Assembly: GCA_030019255.1 (NCBI GenBank)
Contig: JASEFK010000006.1
Coordinates: 154,553-218,552, forward strand
DNA length: 64,000 bases
Origin: Actinomycetota bacterium
GTDB taxonomy: Bacteria; Actinomycetota; Geothermincolia; Geothermincolales; RBG-13-55-18
Direction: 5' to 3'
Within the stretch, counting starts at the first letter, position 1; every line of letters starts with the position of its first letter. The notes beneath the pieces were generated by a model. That model was not told the origin of the DNA. It saw only the letters and a program-made list of their open reading frames with translations, and did no database searches. The position numbers and the translations under genes were made by a program. Of the stretch, positions 16,749-24,987 are shown one piece after another.

Positions 16749-19241
16749 ATGATGTCGGCGGTTGAGATGCGAACCATCGAGGAGATCGAAAAGAGCGGTC
16801 AGTGGTGGTGGTGGGCGGAACACAAGAGGTCGAAACGCCTGGATTACCTGCGCAAGGCGGTATGGAAAAAGGGGGCCAAGGGCTCCGGTTACCAGCCGGG
16901 AGTGAAGGTGGACCTGGAGAGGGCCGTCCTCTTCACCGAGGCCTTCAAGGCCAACGAGCACGACTCCCTGCGCATGCGCTATGCCAAGGCTCTGGCCAAC
17001 GTGTTCGACAACATCACCATCTTTATCCAGGACCACGCCCAGATCATGGGCTACCTGGGTTCCCGGCCCCACACCATCGTGTGGCACCCGGAGATCCTCT
17101 TTCTGCTCAACGAGGACCTGTATAACGACCGCACGGTCATACCTGAGCCTGTGGATGAGAACCTGAAGCTCATCCGGGAGCTCTGCGACTACTGGAACCC
17201 CCAGACGGCGGGGGCCAAGGTCTTCAACCTGGTCCCACCGGAGGAGATCGTCAAGCTCCTAACCGGGGTTATCGGTTGGGGGCTTCCCATCTCCCGCATC
17301 GGCTACGCCACCAAGCAGTGGGACTACATGTTCCGCTTGGGTCTGGAAGGCATCATAGCTGAAATAGACGAGCGTATTAAGGAGGCCGAGGAACGCATTT
17401 ACAACAAGGTGCCCGATCCCGAGGACCTCCCCTACTACGAGAAGCTTGACGTCTGGAAGTCCATGAAGGTGGTGCTGGAGGCGGTCATCCGCTGGGCACG
17501 CCGCTACAGCCGCCTGGCCAGGATCATCGCCGAGCACTTCGAGACCGACCCCCAGCGCAAAGAGGAGCTCCTGCGCATCGCCGAGGTCTGCTGGAAAGTG
17601 CCAGCCAAGCCCCCGGAGCACCTGCACGAGTCCCTGCAGTTCGACCATTTCATCCAGATTGCCTGCCGCTACGAGGCCTGCGAGGGCGCCTGGCCGGCCC
17701 GCCCCGATTACTGGCACGGTCCCTTCTACGACAAGGACGTCAACCGGGACAAGATCCTTACCCGGGAGGAGGCCCTGGATCTCACCGGAGAGTTCCTCAT
17801 CCGCTGCTACGAGGTGGGATGGTTCTGGTTGATGCTGGCCCGCGACACCCTGCAGGGCATCACCGGGACCTGGGTATGGACAATCGGCGGGGTTAACGAG
17901 GACGGGACCGACGCCTGTAACGACATGACCGACTGCCTGCTGGAAGCGGCCCGCCTGGTACGGGTGGCCAATCCCACCTTCGCCTTCCGTTACCATCCCA
18001 ACGTGAGGATGCAGACCCTGCGCCAGGTCTTCGAGTGCATCCGGCAGGGATTGGGATATCCTTCCATGCGCAACGATCCCATCCTCATCACCAACGCCAT
18101 GCATTGGCACAGGCATCCGTTGCGGGAGGCGCGGCGCTGGGTGCACCAGGCCTGCATGTCCCCCTGCCCGGATACCAAACTGGGATGCCAGCCCTTCCGC
18201 ATGGCCAACGCCACCATCATCGCCGCCAAGGCCATCGAGTATGCCCTATTCGACGGGTACGACAACGTGCTCCAGATGCAGTTCGGACCCCATACCGGGG
18301 ATGCCACAAAGTTCGAGACCTTCGAGGAGCTCTACCAGGCTTGGTACACGCAGATCAAATGGATGATGGACACCCTGGTAAAACTGACTAACGGCGGCCG
18401 CTTCATGGCCCAGTTCCTGGACCCCCGCCCCCTGCTCTCCGGACTCTACGAGCGCTGCGTGGAGCTGGGCGTGGACTCCTCCCATCCCTCGGAGCGCGGC
18501 AATTCCTGGATTACCTTCTTCGCCTGGATGGAGACCGGGGACAGCCTGGCCGCGGTGAAGAAGCTGGTTTTCGACGAGAAGAAGTACACCATGGCCCAGC
18601 TCATCGAGGCTCTCAAGGCCAACTGGGAGGGCTACGAGGAGATGCGCATGGACTTCGTGCGCGCTCCCAAGTGGGGCAACGACGACGACTACGTGGACCA
18701 GATCCACATCCGCTGCCACCGCGACGTGGCCAGGCACTCCTGGGAAATAATGGATCCCACCGGGAATCCCTGGCCTCCGCTGCCGGAGAACATCGCCGCC
18801 TACGTGACCAACGCCACCAAGGTTTGGGCGCTGCCCAACGGGAGGAGGCTTGGCGACACCCTCTACGACGGCGGGTGCTCCCCCGGGGCGGGGCTGGACA
18901 AGAAAGGTCCCACCGCCGTCCTGCGCTCGGTGGCCAAGATCGACCACATCGGGGACGTGCGAGCCACCCTGCTCAACCAGCGCCTGTCCCCCCAGCAGCT
19001 GGCCGGCGAGAAGGGCTTCCACATCTGGCACTCCTACATCAAGACCTGGGCCGAACTGGGTATCGACCACGTGCAGTTCAACATGGTGGACAACGAAACC
19101 CTGAAGGCGGCCCAGAGGGAACCGGAGAAGTATCCCGAGCTCATCGTGCGCATCGCCGGTTACAGCGCCCATTTCGTGGACCTGAACAAGAAGACCCAGG
19201 ACACCATCATCGCCCGCAACGTGCAGGAACTGGGCGTATGA
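16749..19241 (+). CDS. assA: Fumarate-adding glycyl radical enzyme alpha subunit, alkylsuccinate / (1-methylalkyl)succinate synthase type
   Basis: Gly loop VRIAGYSAHF (Gly804); Cys loop HQACMSP (Cys469); Arg484 15 residues later, as in BssA C493/R508; AssA/MasD signatures WWWWAEHKRSKRLDYLRKAVWKKGA, EGAWPARPDY, LYDGGCSPG. Confidence 0.92.
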   Translation: MMSAVEMRTIEEIEKSGQWWWWAEHKRSKRLDYLRKAVWKKGAKGSGYQPGVKVDLERAVLFTEAFKANEHDSLRMRYAKALANVFDNITIFIQDHAQIMGYLGSRPHTIVWHPEILFLLNEDLYNDRTVIPEPVDENLKLIRELCDYWNPQTAGAKVFNLVPPEEIVKLLTGVIGWGLPISRIGYATKQWDYMFRLGLEGIIAEIDERIKEAEERIYNKVPDPEDLPYYEKLDVWKSMKVVLEAVIRWARRYSRLARIIAEHFETDPQRKEELLRIAEVCWKVPAKPPEHLHESLQFDHFIQIACRYEACEGAWPARPDYWHGPFYDKDVNRDKILTREEALDLTGEFLIRCYEVGWFWLMLARDTLQGITGTWVWTIGGVNEDGTDACNDMTDCLLEAARLVRVANPTFAFRYHPNVRMQTLRQVFECIRQGLGYPSMRNDPILITNAMHWHRHPLREARRWVHQACMSPCPDTKLGCQPFRMANATIIAAKAIEYALFDGYDNVLQMQFGPHTGDATKFETFEELYQAWYTQIKWMMDTLVKLTNGGRFMAQFLDPRPLLSGLYERCVELGVDSSHPSERGNSWITFFAWMETGDSLAAVKKLVFDEKKYTMAQLIEALKANWEGYEEMRMDFVRAPKWGNDDDYVDQIHIRCHRDVARHSWEIMDPTGNPWPPLPENIAAYVTNATKVWALPNGRRLGDTLYDGGCSPGAGLDKKGPTAVLRSVAKIDHIGDVRATLLNQRLSPQQLAGEKGFHIWHSYIKTWAELGIDHVQFNMVDNETLKAAQREPEKYPELIVRIAGYSAHFVDLNKKTQDTIIARNVQELGV

Positions 19242-19305
19242 GGGAGATCGCGTTGAAACCGCCGGTGCTACCACCAGCGGGGTCGCTTGAAAAGGGGGTA
19301 GAGCG

Positions 19306-19605
19306 ATGAGCGACTGGGAACAGCTCCGCCAGCAGTGGCTGCAGGGGGCCATCTCCAAGGGGCGCCGTGATATGCCGGAGAAGGCCTGCGGCATTTGCAG
19401 TAACTTCCGGCAGAATTCGGCCTCCGCGGCCGGTGATGGTTTCTGCACGGCCATCAAGATGGGGGAGAAGAACAAGCCGGTCTTCGACAATACCGATGCC
19501 GCCGACTGCCCGCACTTCCGGGAGATCGACCGCGTGCGGACGGACACCAGTGAGTTCATGTGGGATCCCCAGTTCCGGCCGCAGAGGCAGATCCAGGAGA
19601 AGTAG
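19306..19605 (+). CDS. assB: Small Cys-rich subunit, AssB/MasB-like
   Basis: CGICSNF...GDGFC...DAADCPHF...RTDTSE; directly follows assA. Confidence 0.65.
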   Translation: MSDWEQLRQQWLQGAISKGRRDMPEKACGICSNFRQNSASAAGDGFCTAIKMGEKNKPVFDNTDAADCPHFREIDRVRTDTSEFMWDPQFRPQRQIQEK

Positions 19606-19623
19606 GAGCAGCAACCGGAGAAG

Positions 19624-19851
19624 ATGGTCACCTGTTCCAGGTGCGGAAGGTCCGGCTCTTTAGCCGAGTTCGCCTACGTGGGGCAGGCCGTGGAGGTGGG
19701 ACCCGTTTCCCTGAGGCGGTGCCCTGCCTGCGGTGAACTCCTGGTCGTGGACGAACTGGAGCTGGAACGGGATGGATCATCATCTCCCGGTCCCTGGGGA
19801 CTGAGCGACATCTGGGGTAGAAAATTTACCTGTAAGAACGGGGAGGTGTGA
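19624..19851 (+). CDS. MasE-like small metal-binding protein (paralogue 1)
   Basis: CxxC-x25-CxxC, VDEL and PWG tail. Confidence 0.7.
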   Translation: MVTCSRCGRSGSLAEFAYVGQAVEVGPVSLRRCPACGELLVVDELELERDGSSSPGPWGLSDIWGRKFTCKNGEV

Positions 19852-19854
19852 ACT

Positions 19855-20034
19855 GTGGTCAAGTGCGACAACTGCGGATACCAAGGGGTGAAGTCGGAGT
19901 TCCGTTACCTCTACAACACCACCCTGGACGCGGAGACAGCATACCGCGAATGTCCGCAATGCTACGCCTGGGTGGTGGTCAACGAGCTGCAGGAGGAAAA
20001 GGCCGAAAAGGAGCTCCAGAAGGGAAAAGCCTGA
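19855..20034 (+). CDS. masE: MasE-like small metal-binding subunit (paralogue 2; 59 aa, missed by the ORF track)
   Basis: GTG start after GGAGGT; MVKCDNCGYQGVKSEFRYLYNTTLDAETAYRECPQCYAWVVVNELQEEKAEKELQKGKA. Confidence 0.75.
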   Translation: MVKCDNCGYQGVKSEFRYLYNTTLDAETAYRECPQCYAWVVVNELQEEKAEKELQKGKA

Positions 20035-20060
20035 TTCCCCCGTGGGAGTTCACGCTTTTT
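20025..20060 (+). terminator. Imperfect hairpin with T-run between structural genes and activases
   Basis: AAAAGC-CTGA-TTCCC ccgt GGGAG-TTCAC-GCTTTTT. Confidence 0.45.
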
Positions 20061-20118
20061 CCTGTGACGCTTTCCGGCTTCCCCGGCGTGTCGAGAGAAA
20101 CGGAAAAGGAGTCCTTTC

Positions 20119-21057
20119 ATGCCCGAGCAGGTATTAATCACCAACATCCAGCGCTATTCCATAAACGACGGGCCGGGAATCCGCACCACCGTCTTCCTCA
20201 AGGGCTGCAAGCTCAACTGCGCGTGGTGCCATAACCCGGAGTGTATCCATTTTTACCCGGAGATCTACTGGAAGCCCTCGCTCTGCCGGCAGTGCGGGAT
20301 ATGCTTCGACGCCTGCCCGAGGGGTGCCATACAGCCGCCTATTCCGGTAACGGGGGAAGAAGACAACGAGCACTATTACAAGATCGACCTATCTCTATGC
20401 GACCACTGCATGGAGTGCGTGGAGGCCTGCTTCTACGGCGCCCTGGTGAGGGTGGGAGAGCCGAAGACGGTGGAGGAGATACTCGACGAGGTGGAGAGGG
20501 ACATGCCCTTCTACCTGAACTCGGGAGGAGGCATGACGGTAACGGGAGGCGAGCCCACTGCCTTCCCCGAGTTCACCCTCGAGCTCCTGCGCAGAGCCAA
20601 GGAACGAGGGATTCACAACTGTCTGGACACCAGCGGGTTCTGCGCCTGGGAAATCCTGGATTCCCTGCGCCCCTACGTGGACATCTTCCTCTACGACATC
20701 AAGTGCATGAGCGCCAAGCTGCACGTCATGCGCACCGGGGTGAACAACTCGCCCATCCTGGCCAACCTGCGCCGACTGGTGGAGGTGGGAGCCGAGGTCA
20801 TCGTGCGCGTCCCGGTGATTCCCGGCTTCAACGATTCACCGGAGCACATGGAGAGGGTGGCCGATTTCCTCGCCGACCTGGGGTCCTCCATAGTTCGCGT
20901 GGACCTACTCCCCTTTCACAACTGGTGCCAGGACAAGTATCGCTGGCTGGGAAGGGAATGGGAATACCGGGACGTGGAAAGCCTGGCCGCGAGCGAGATA
21001 AGCGACCTGCAGGACATCCTCAAGGAACGCGGGCTGGCGACCACCATCGGAGGATGA
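20119..21057 (+). CDS. assD: Glycyl radical enzyme activase 1 with 2x[4Fe-4S] insert
   Basis: DGPGIRTTVFLKGCKLNCAWCHNPE; CRQCGICFDACP; CDHCMECVEAC; GGEP; VPVIPGFN; LLPFH. Confidence 0.93.
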   Translation: MPEQVLITNIQRYSINDGPGIRTTVFLKGCKLNCAWCHNPECIHFYPEIYWKPSLCRQCGICFDACPRGAIQPPIPVTGEEDNEHYYKIDLSLCDHCMECVEACFYGALVRVGEPKTVEEILDEVERDMPFYLNSGGGMTVTGGEPTAFPEFTLELLRRAKERGIHNCLDTSGFCAWEILDSLRPYVDIFLYDIKCMSAKLHVMRTGVNNSPILANLRRLVEVGAEVIVRVPVIPGFNDSPEHMERVADFLADLGSSIVRVDLLPFHNWCQDKYRWLGREWEYRDVESLAASEISDLQDILKERGLATTIGG

Positions 21058-21066
21058 GGCGGTAAG

Positions 21067-21996
21067 ATGGGAAGCGGCGAAACCTCGGGCTACGTCAACG
21101 ACATCCAGTTCTATTCCCTGAGCGACGGGCCGGGGATACGTACCACCGTCTTCCTCAAGGGATGCCTACTCAACTGCCGCTGGTGCCACAACCCTGAAGG
21201 CCACCGCCGATTCCCAGAGGTCCTCCCCTATCGCAACAACTGCACCGGGTGCGGTAAATGCCTGGAGGTGTGCCCCTCCGGGGCCATCGAGATGGAAGGC
21301 CCCTGCCTGCCCCGTATCCGCCGTGAACGCTGCATCGACTGCTTTCGCTGCGCCGAGGCCTGCCCGGAACAGGCCCTTGTGGTGTGGGGAAAGCTGATGA
21401 CCGTGGACCAGGTATTGGCGGAGGTGGAGAAGGACAAGCCCTTCTACAAGCATTCCGGCGGAGGGCTCACGGTTTCCGGCGGAGAACCCCTGGCCCAGCC
21501 GGAATTCACTCATGATCTCCTGGCGGAGGCCAGGGCAAGGGGAATGAACACCGCGCTGGATACGTGCGGGTTCGCCCCCTGGGAAGTGCTGGAAAAGGTG
21601 CTGCGCGTCGCCGACCACGTGCTCCTGGACCTCAAGCACATGGATTCCGCGGCGCACCGCGCCTACTGTGGGGCTCCCAACGATCTCATCCTTGCCAACG
21701 CCCGGCGCCTGGCGGAAGAGGCCCGCGAGCTGCGCTTCCGGATCCCCCTCATCCCGGGCTTCAACGACGGGGAGGAAAACCTCGCCCGCACGGCGGATTT
21801 CATTCGCGGGTTGTGCCGCAATGGGAAGGAATGCGAGGTGGACATCCTGCCTTATCACCCTTACGCCGGAGCCAAGTACCGCATCTTCGGACTGGAATAT
21901 CCCTTCCCGCGGGGAGAGGGATACCCCGAGGAAAAGCTGTGCGGAATTGTGAAGATCTTCACCTCCCGGCGTCTCACGGTCACCGTGGGAGGTTGA
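21067..21996 (+). CDS. assD: Glycyl radical enzyme activase 2 with 2x[4Fe-4S] insert
   Basis: DGPGIRTTVFLKGCLLNCRWCHNPE; CTGCGKCLEVCP; CIDCFRCAEACP; SGGEP; IPLIPGFND; ILPYH. Confidence 0.93.
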   Translation: MGSGETSGYVNDIQFYSLSDGPGIRTTVFLKGCLLNCRWCHNPEGHRRFPEVLPYRNNCTGCGKCLEVCPSGAIEMEGPCLPRIRRERCIDCFRCAEACPEQALVVWGKLMTVDQVLAEVEKDKPFYKHSGGGLTVSGGEPLAQPEFTHDLLAEARARGMNTALDTCGFAPWEVLEKVLRVADHVLLDLKHMDSAAHRAYCGAPNDLILANARRLAEEARELRFRIPLIPGFNDGEENLARTADFIRGLCRNGKECEVDILPYHPYAGAKYRIFGLEYPFPRGEGYPEEKLCGIVKIFTSRRLTVTVGG

Positions 21997-22138
21997 AATC
22001 ATGGAGGGTCGTTGGCCAAGGCGGAGGCCGGGCACCGGCAAGGCGGAACGGGCGAGCGTGGAACGATGAGAGCGTTCGGGAATTCGCGATGGAGATCGAC
22101 ACTTGGTTGAACGCTGCAATGGAGCAGGAGGTGCGACC

Positions 22139-22294
22139 ATGAGCTGTGGAGATTGCAAGTGGTTCTTCCCCCTGGAAGAAGACCCCAGCAGGGGAGACTG
22201 CGTGCGGCGCGAATCGGACGGAAAGAGCGAGTACTACACGGCCAAGCCCCATAACGCCGACGACGCCGAGTGCGAGAACTTCGAGGCCCGCTGA
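22139..22294 (+). CDS. assC: Gamma subunit, AssC/MasC/BssC-like (51 aa)
   Basis: AGGAGGT RBS; MSCGDCKWFFP...RGDCVRRESDGKSEYYTAKP...CENF matches the BssC/TutF CxxC..GDCV..K.W/Y..KP pattern. Confidence 0.85.
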   Translation: MSCGDCKWFFPLEEDPSRGDCVRRESDGKSEYYTAKPHNADDAECENFEAR

Positions 22295-22404
22295 GGGCGC
22301 GCAACGAACGGCGGGGGTCTTGCAACCCGTGGCCCGCTCCCGGGAACCTCGACGCATGCGTTGGTGACACGATAGTTGGCGGGTGGAAGAGGGTAACAAC
22401 GCTG

Positions 22405-22599
22405 CCTTGCGCCATCCCGCAAGGTATTGACCGGTATGTTCTTGCGTAGTAACGTCCGCCGCCGCAAGAGCCTCCCGGCCTGGATGTAATGCACAAGTTC
22501 AGCTCCGGCGGCGGTAAGCAAGAATCGGTCCGCGAACGCAAGGGGGGAGACGGGTTGACCCAGCTTGATCCACGCGAAAGGAAAAATGGAACATACCGG
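22405..22599. other. Nested inverted repeats in an intergenic region (candidate structured RNA)
   Basis: CCTTGCG/CGCAAGG (22405-22424); CCGGTATGTTC (22431) / GAACATACCGG (22589); CCGCCGCCG (22456) / CGGCGGCGG (22506); TTCTTGC/GCAAGAA. Confidence 0.35.
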
Positions 22600-22632
22600 G
22601 TCGTGTAACGGCAAATGACAAGGAGAAAAGCC

Positions 22633-22980
22633 ATGCTCATTACCTGTGATCGCTGCGGCTATGAAGGCGAGGGCGCGGAATTCCGGCATATCGGCAACGT
22701 GATGTGCTGCGGCCCGCTCATCTTCCGGGAGTGCCCGAGCTGCGGCAACCCGGTGATTTGCGACCGGCAGGAGATGCGCGAGGAGATCGAGGACACGGCG
22801 CGGGAGCTATCATGTCGGGTGGAGTCGGCCATCGCTTCCGGAGACGCCGCTCGAGCCAGGGCGCTGCTTAAGGACCTGTCCTTCCTCAATCAGTGCCTCA
22901 ACCTGGAAGCCATCGACGAGTACATCCGCCTGAAAAAGAGGGAGATTCGCTTCCTGGAAAGTACTTCCACTCCGCCATGA
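22633..22980 (+). CDS. MasE-like protein with helical C-terminal extension (paralogue 3)
   Basis: AGGAG RBS; MLITCDRCGYEGEGAEFRH...CCGPLIFRECPSCG has the same Cys spacing as the other two. Confidence 0.75.
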   Translation: MLITCDRCGYEGEGAEFRHIGNVMCCGPLIFRECPSCGNPVICDRQEMREEIEDTARELSCRVESAIASGDAARARALLKDLSFLNQCLNLEAIDEYIRLKKREIRFLESTSTPP

Positions 22981-23181
22981 TGCCGAAGTCGTGGCAGGCC
23001 ATAGCGGAGGGAGAAACCGACCCGGGTTCAAACCACTCCCGCCGTCGCGAAGCTCGTTGGCCGGAATCCCTCTTACCGACACATGGGTCCTGGGCAAGGG
23101 AGAAATCTCGTTGCCGGGCTTGGCAAGTTCGCAGGTAGTGATTTTCCTGTTTCCGCGCATCCGGCGTTGCGGACCGTGCTC

Positions 23182-23967
23182 TCAGTCCGGCAGCGGGGCG
23201 AGATCGCCCGCGGACACCGGGAGGACCTTCCCCCCCACCTCGAGCAACAGGTTGCCCAGCTCGTCGACCCCCACCAGAAGGCCCTCGAGTAGCGCGCCCC
23301 TCCTTTCCGGCGCCACCTCCCCTTCCTCCCGACCTCCGCGCCTCAGGCCGCATATGACAAAATCTTCCACCACTACCTGCCGCCCGCGGTAAGCCAGGTT
23401 GGCGCGGTATTCCTCCACCAGGTTTCTCCCCTCCTCCCGCAGCCGATTTTCCATTTCGCCGAGAAGGGCGTGCAGAAGTTCCTCGACGCCCCAGAGCCTG
23501 CCTTCCTCCAACAGCAGGGAGGTGGGCGGAAGCCGAGCCGGAAAATTCAACTCCTCCGGCAGGTACCCGACGTTTAAACCCAGGCCCACGATGAGGAAAT
23601 GGTCCCCGTCCCGGCGGAAGGACTCGGTGAGCACGCCCCCCACCTTTCTGTCCCCGTAGACCAGGTCGTTGGGCCACTTGCAGAGGGGCCCCGCACCTCC
23701 CAGCCTCCTCACCGCCGCCCGGGCCGAGAGCGCCGCCAGCGCCGCGGCACGGAAGGGCTCCACGTCCCGGAGTGCCAGGCTCACCAGAAGGCTCTTTCCG
23801 GGTCGGTCCAGCCAACTCCGGTCCATCCTCCCGCGTCCCGCCGTCTGGTGGACCGCGGTCACCACCAGCCCTTCCGATGCCCCCCGGGCCAGGAGCCTCC
23901 TGGCCTCCAGGTTGGTGGAGTCCAGGCTCTCGTAACGACGCACGTCCCAATGGATATCACTGCCCAA
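23182..23967 (-). CDS. birA: Biotin-protein ligase without N-terminal HTH
   Basis: LDSTN, QTAGRGR, KWPNDL, KVGGVL, GLGLNV; TTG start after GGAGGT. Confidence 0.92.
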   Translation of the reverse strand: MGSDIHWDVRRYESLDSTNLEARRLLARGASEGLVVTAVHQTAGRGRMDRSWLDRPGKSLLVSLALRDVEPFRAAALAALSARAAVRRLGGAGPLCKWPNDLVYGDRKVGGVLTESFRRDGDHFLIVGLGLNVGYLPEELNFPARLPPTSLLLEEGRLWGVEELLHALLGEMENRLREEGRNLVEEYRANLAYRGRQVVVEDFVICGLRRGGREEGEVAPERRGALLEGLLVGVDELGNLLLEVGGKVLPVSAGDLAPLPD

Positions 23968-24123
23968 GGCGACGAGACCTCCGCTGGGTAGTGGCCCGAC
24001 CTTCCCGCAATCAGCACGGTTGCGGGCTGGAAGGGCGGCTGCTCCGCCACGCTTCACGCTGCCGGGGTGCGCTTCCCGCTTCGTTTCGAGAGCCGGGGCG
24101 ACCCTCGAAACCGATTTTTCATA

Positions 24124-24144
24124 AAGTTCACCTTTACTAAACTT
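24124..24144. promoter_or_regulatory. Putative operator, copy 4 (AAGTTCA-CCTTTAC-TAAACTT)
   Basis: 15/16 identity to the core of copies 1 and 3; lies between divergent birA and bioY. Confidence 0.7.
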
Positions 24145-24161
24145 AAATTCCGCGTAACCTA

Positions 24162-24190
24162 TTGACAATGCGCATGTTTTCCTATACAAA
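24162..24190 (+). promoter_or_regulatory. Possible sigma70 promoter of the bioY operon (TTGACA-17-TACAAA)
   Basis: Perfect -35 and a weaker -10, about 30 bp upstream of the bioY ATG. Confidence 0.5.
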
Positions 24191-24219
24191 TATAACAAAC
24201 TTCCAAAGGAGAGAAACCC

Positions 24220-24822
24220 ATGAAAACAGCTCAAGCGGGAAAGTTTACACCAAAAACGGCCGCTCTTGAATGGGAGTGGGTGGCCAATGCCGTGCTCTTC
24301 GCCGCCCTCACCGGCATGGGCGCCATCATCAGGATTCCCTTAAGTCCTGTCCCGGTAACCATGCAGGTTTTCTTCGTCCTCCTTTCCGGGTTGGTGCTGG
24401 GGCCGTTCTGGGGGATGGCCAGCCAGATGACCTACCTGGTGATGGGAGCCTGCGGGGCTCCCTTCTTCGCCGCTCCTCCCCATGCCGGTCCCCTGGTGCT
24501 CTTCGGGCCCACCGGAGGATACCTGTGGGGCTTCGTGCTGGCGGCTGGCTGCGCGGGGTGGGTCTCGCGAAACCTCCCGAGCCGTATCCGGCTCCGTGGA
24601 ACACCCGCCCGCATCCCGGTCATCGCCGCGTCTCTGGCCGGTATAGCCATCATCTACGCCTGCGGGGCCTCCTGGCTCGCGACCTGGCTTGCCATGCACG
24701 GCAAGAAAGCTTCACTGGCCTTTGCGCTGGGGGTAAAACCCTTCATTCTCGTCGACGTGGCCAAGGCCGCGGCGGCGGCGGCGGTCGCCCACCTCATCCC
24801 GGGAAAAAGGTCCGGCACCTGA
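24220..24822 (+). CDS. bioY: Biotin transporter S component
   Basis: PVPVTMQ, GAPFFA, GPTGGYLWGF, PFILVD-x2-K; hydrophobic. Confidence 0.93.
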   Translation: MKTAQAGKFTPKTAALEWEWVANAVLFAALTGMGAIIRIPLSPVPVTMQVFFVLLSGLVLGPFWGMASQMTYLVMGACGAPFFAAPPHAGPLVLFGPTGGYLWGFVLAAGCAGWVSRNLPSRIRLRGTPARIPVIAASLAGIAIIYACGASWLATWLAMHGKKASLAFALGVKPFILVDVAKAAAAAAVAHLIPGKRSGT

Positions 24823-24987
24823 GGGCCGCGGAAGGCATCCGGATTTACCCGGTGAATTTACACGGTGTAGCGTGGGTCTTCCGGGAAAGCGAAGGGCTTT
24901 ACCGCCGGGAAAGCCGTGCTTCATGAAAATAAGGCGCGGGAAAGATTACAATGGTTTCGAAGGCCCGAATCCGGTGAAGGGGTGAAA

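Noticed and set aside
16749..19241. Pyruvate formate-lyase, diol dehydratase or choline lyase identity
   Set aside because: No adjacent CC pair or GCVE motif; has CMSP, the +15 Arg and small Fe-S subunits typical of fumarate-adding enzymes; no microcompartment genes
19848..20234. 128-aa ORF in the track
   Set aside because: Wrong frame; overlaps the MasE-like gene at 19855-20034 and the activase start
24124..24144. BirA operator
   Set aside because: This BirA has no HTH, the site does not fit the TGTTAAC-N15/16-GTTAACA pattern, and it recurs at non-biotin promoters
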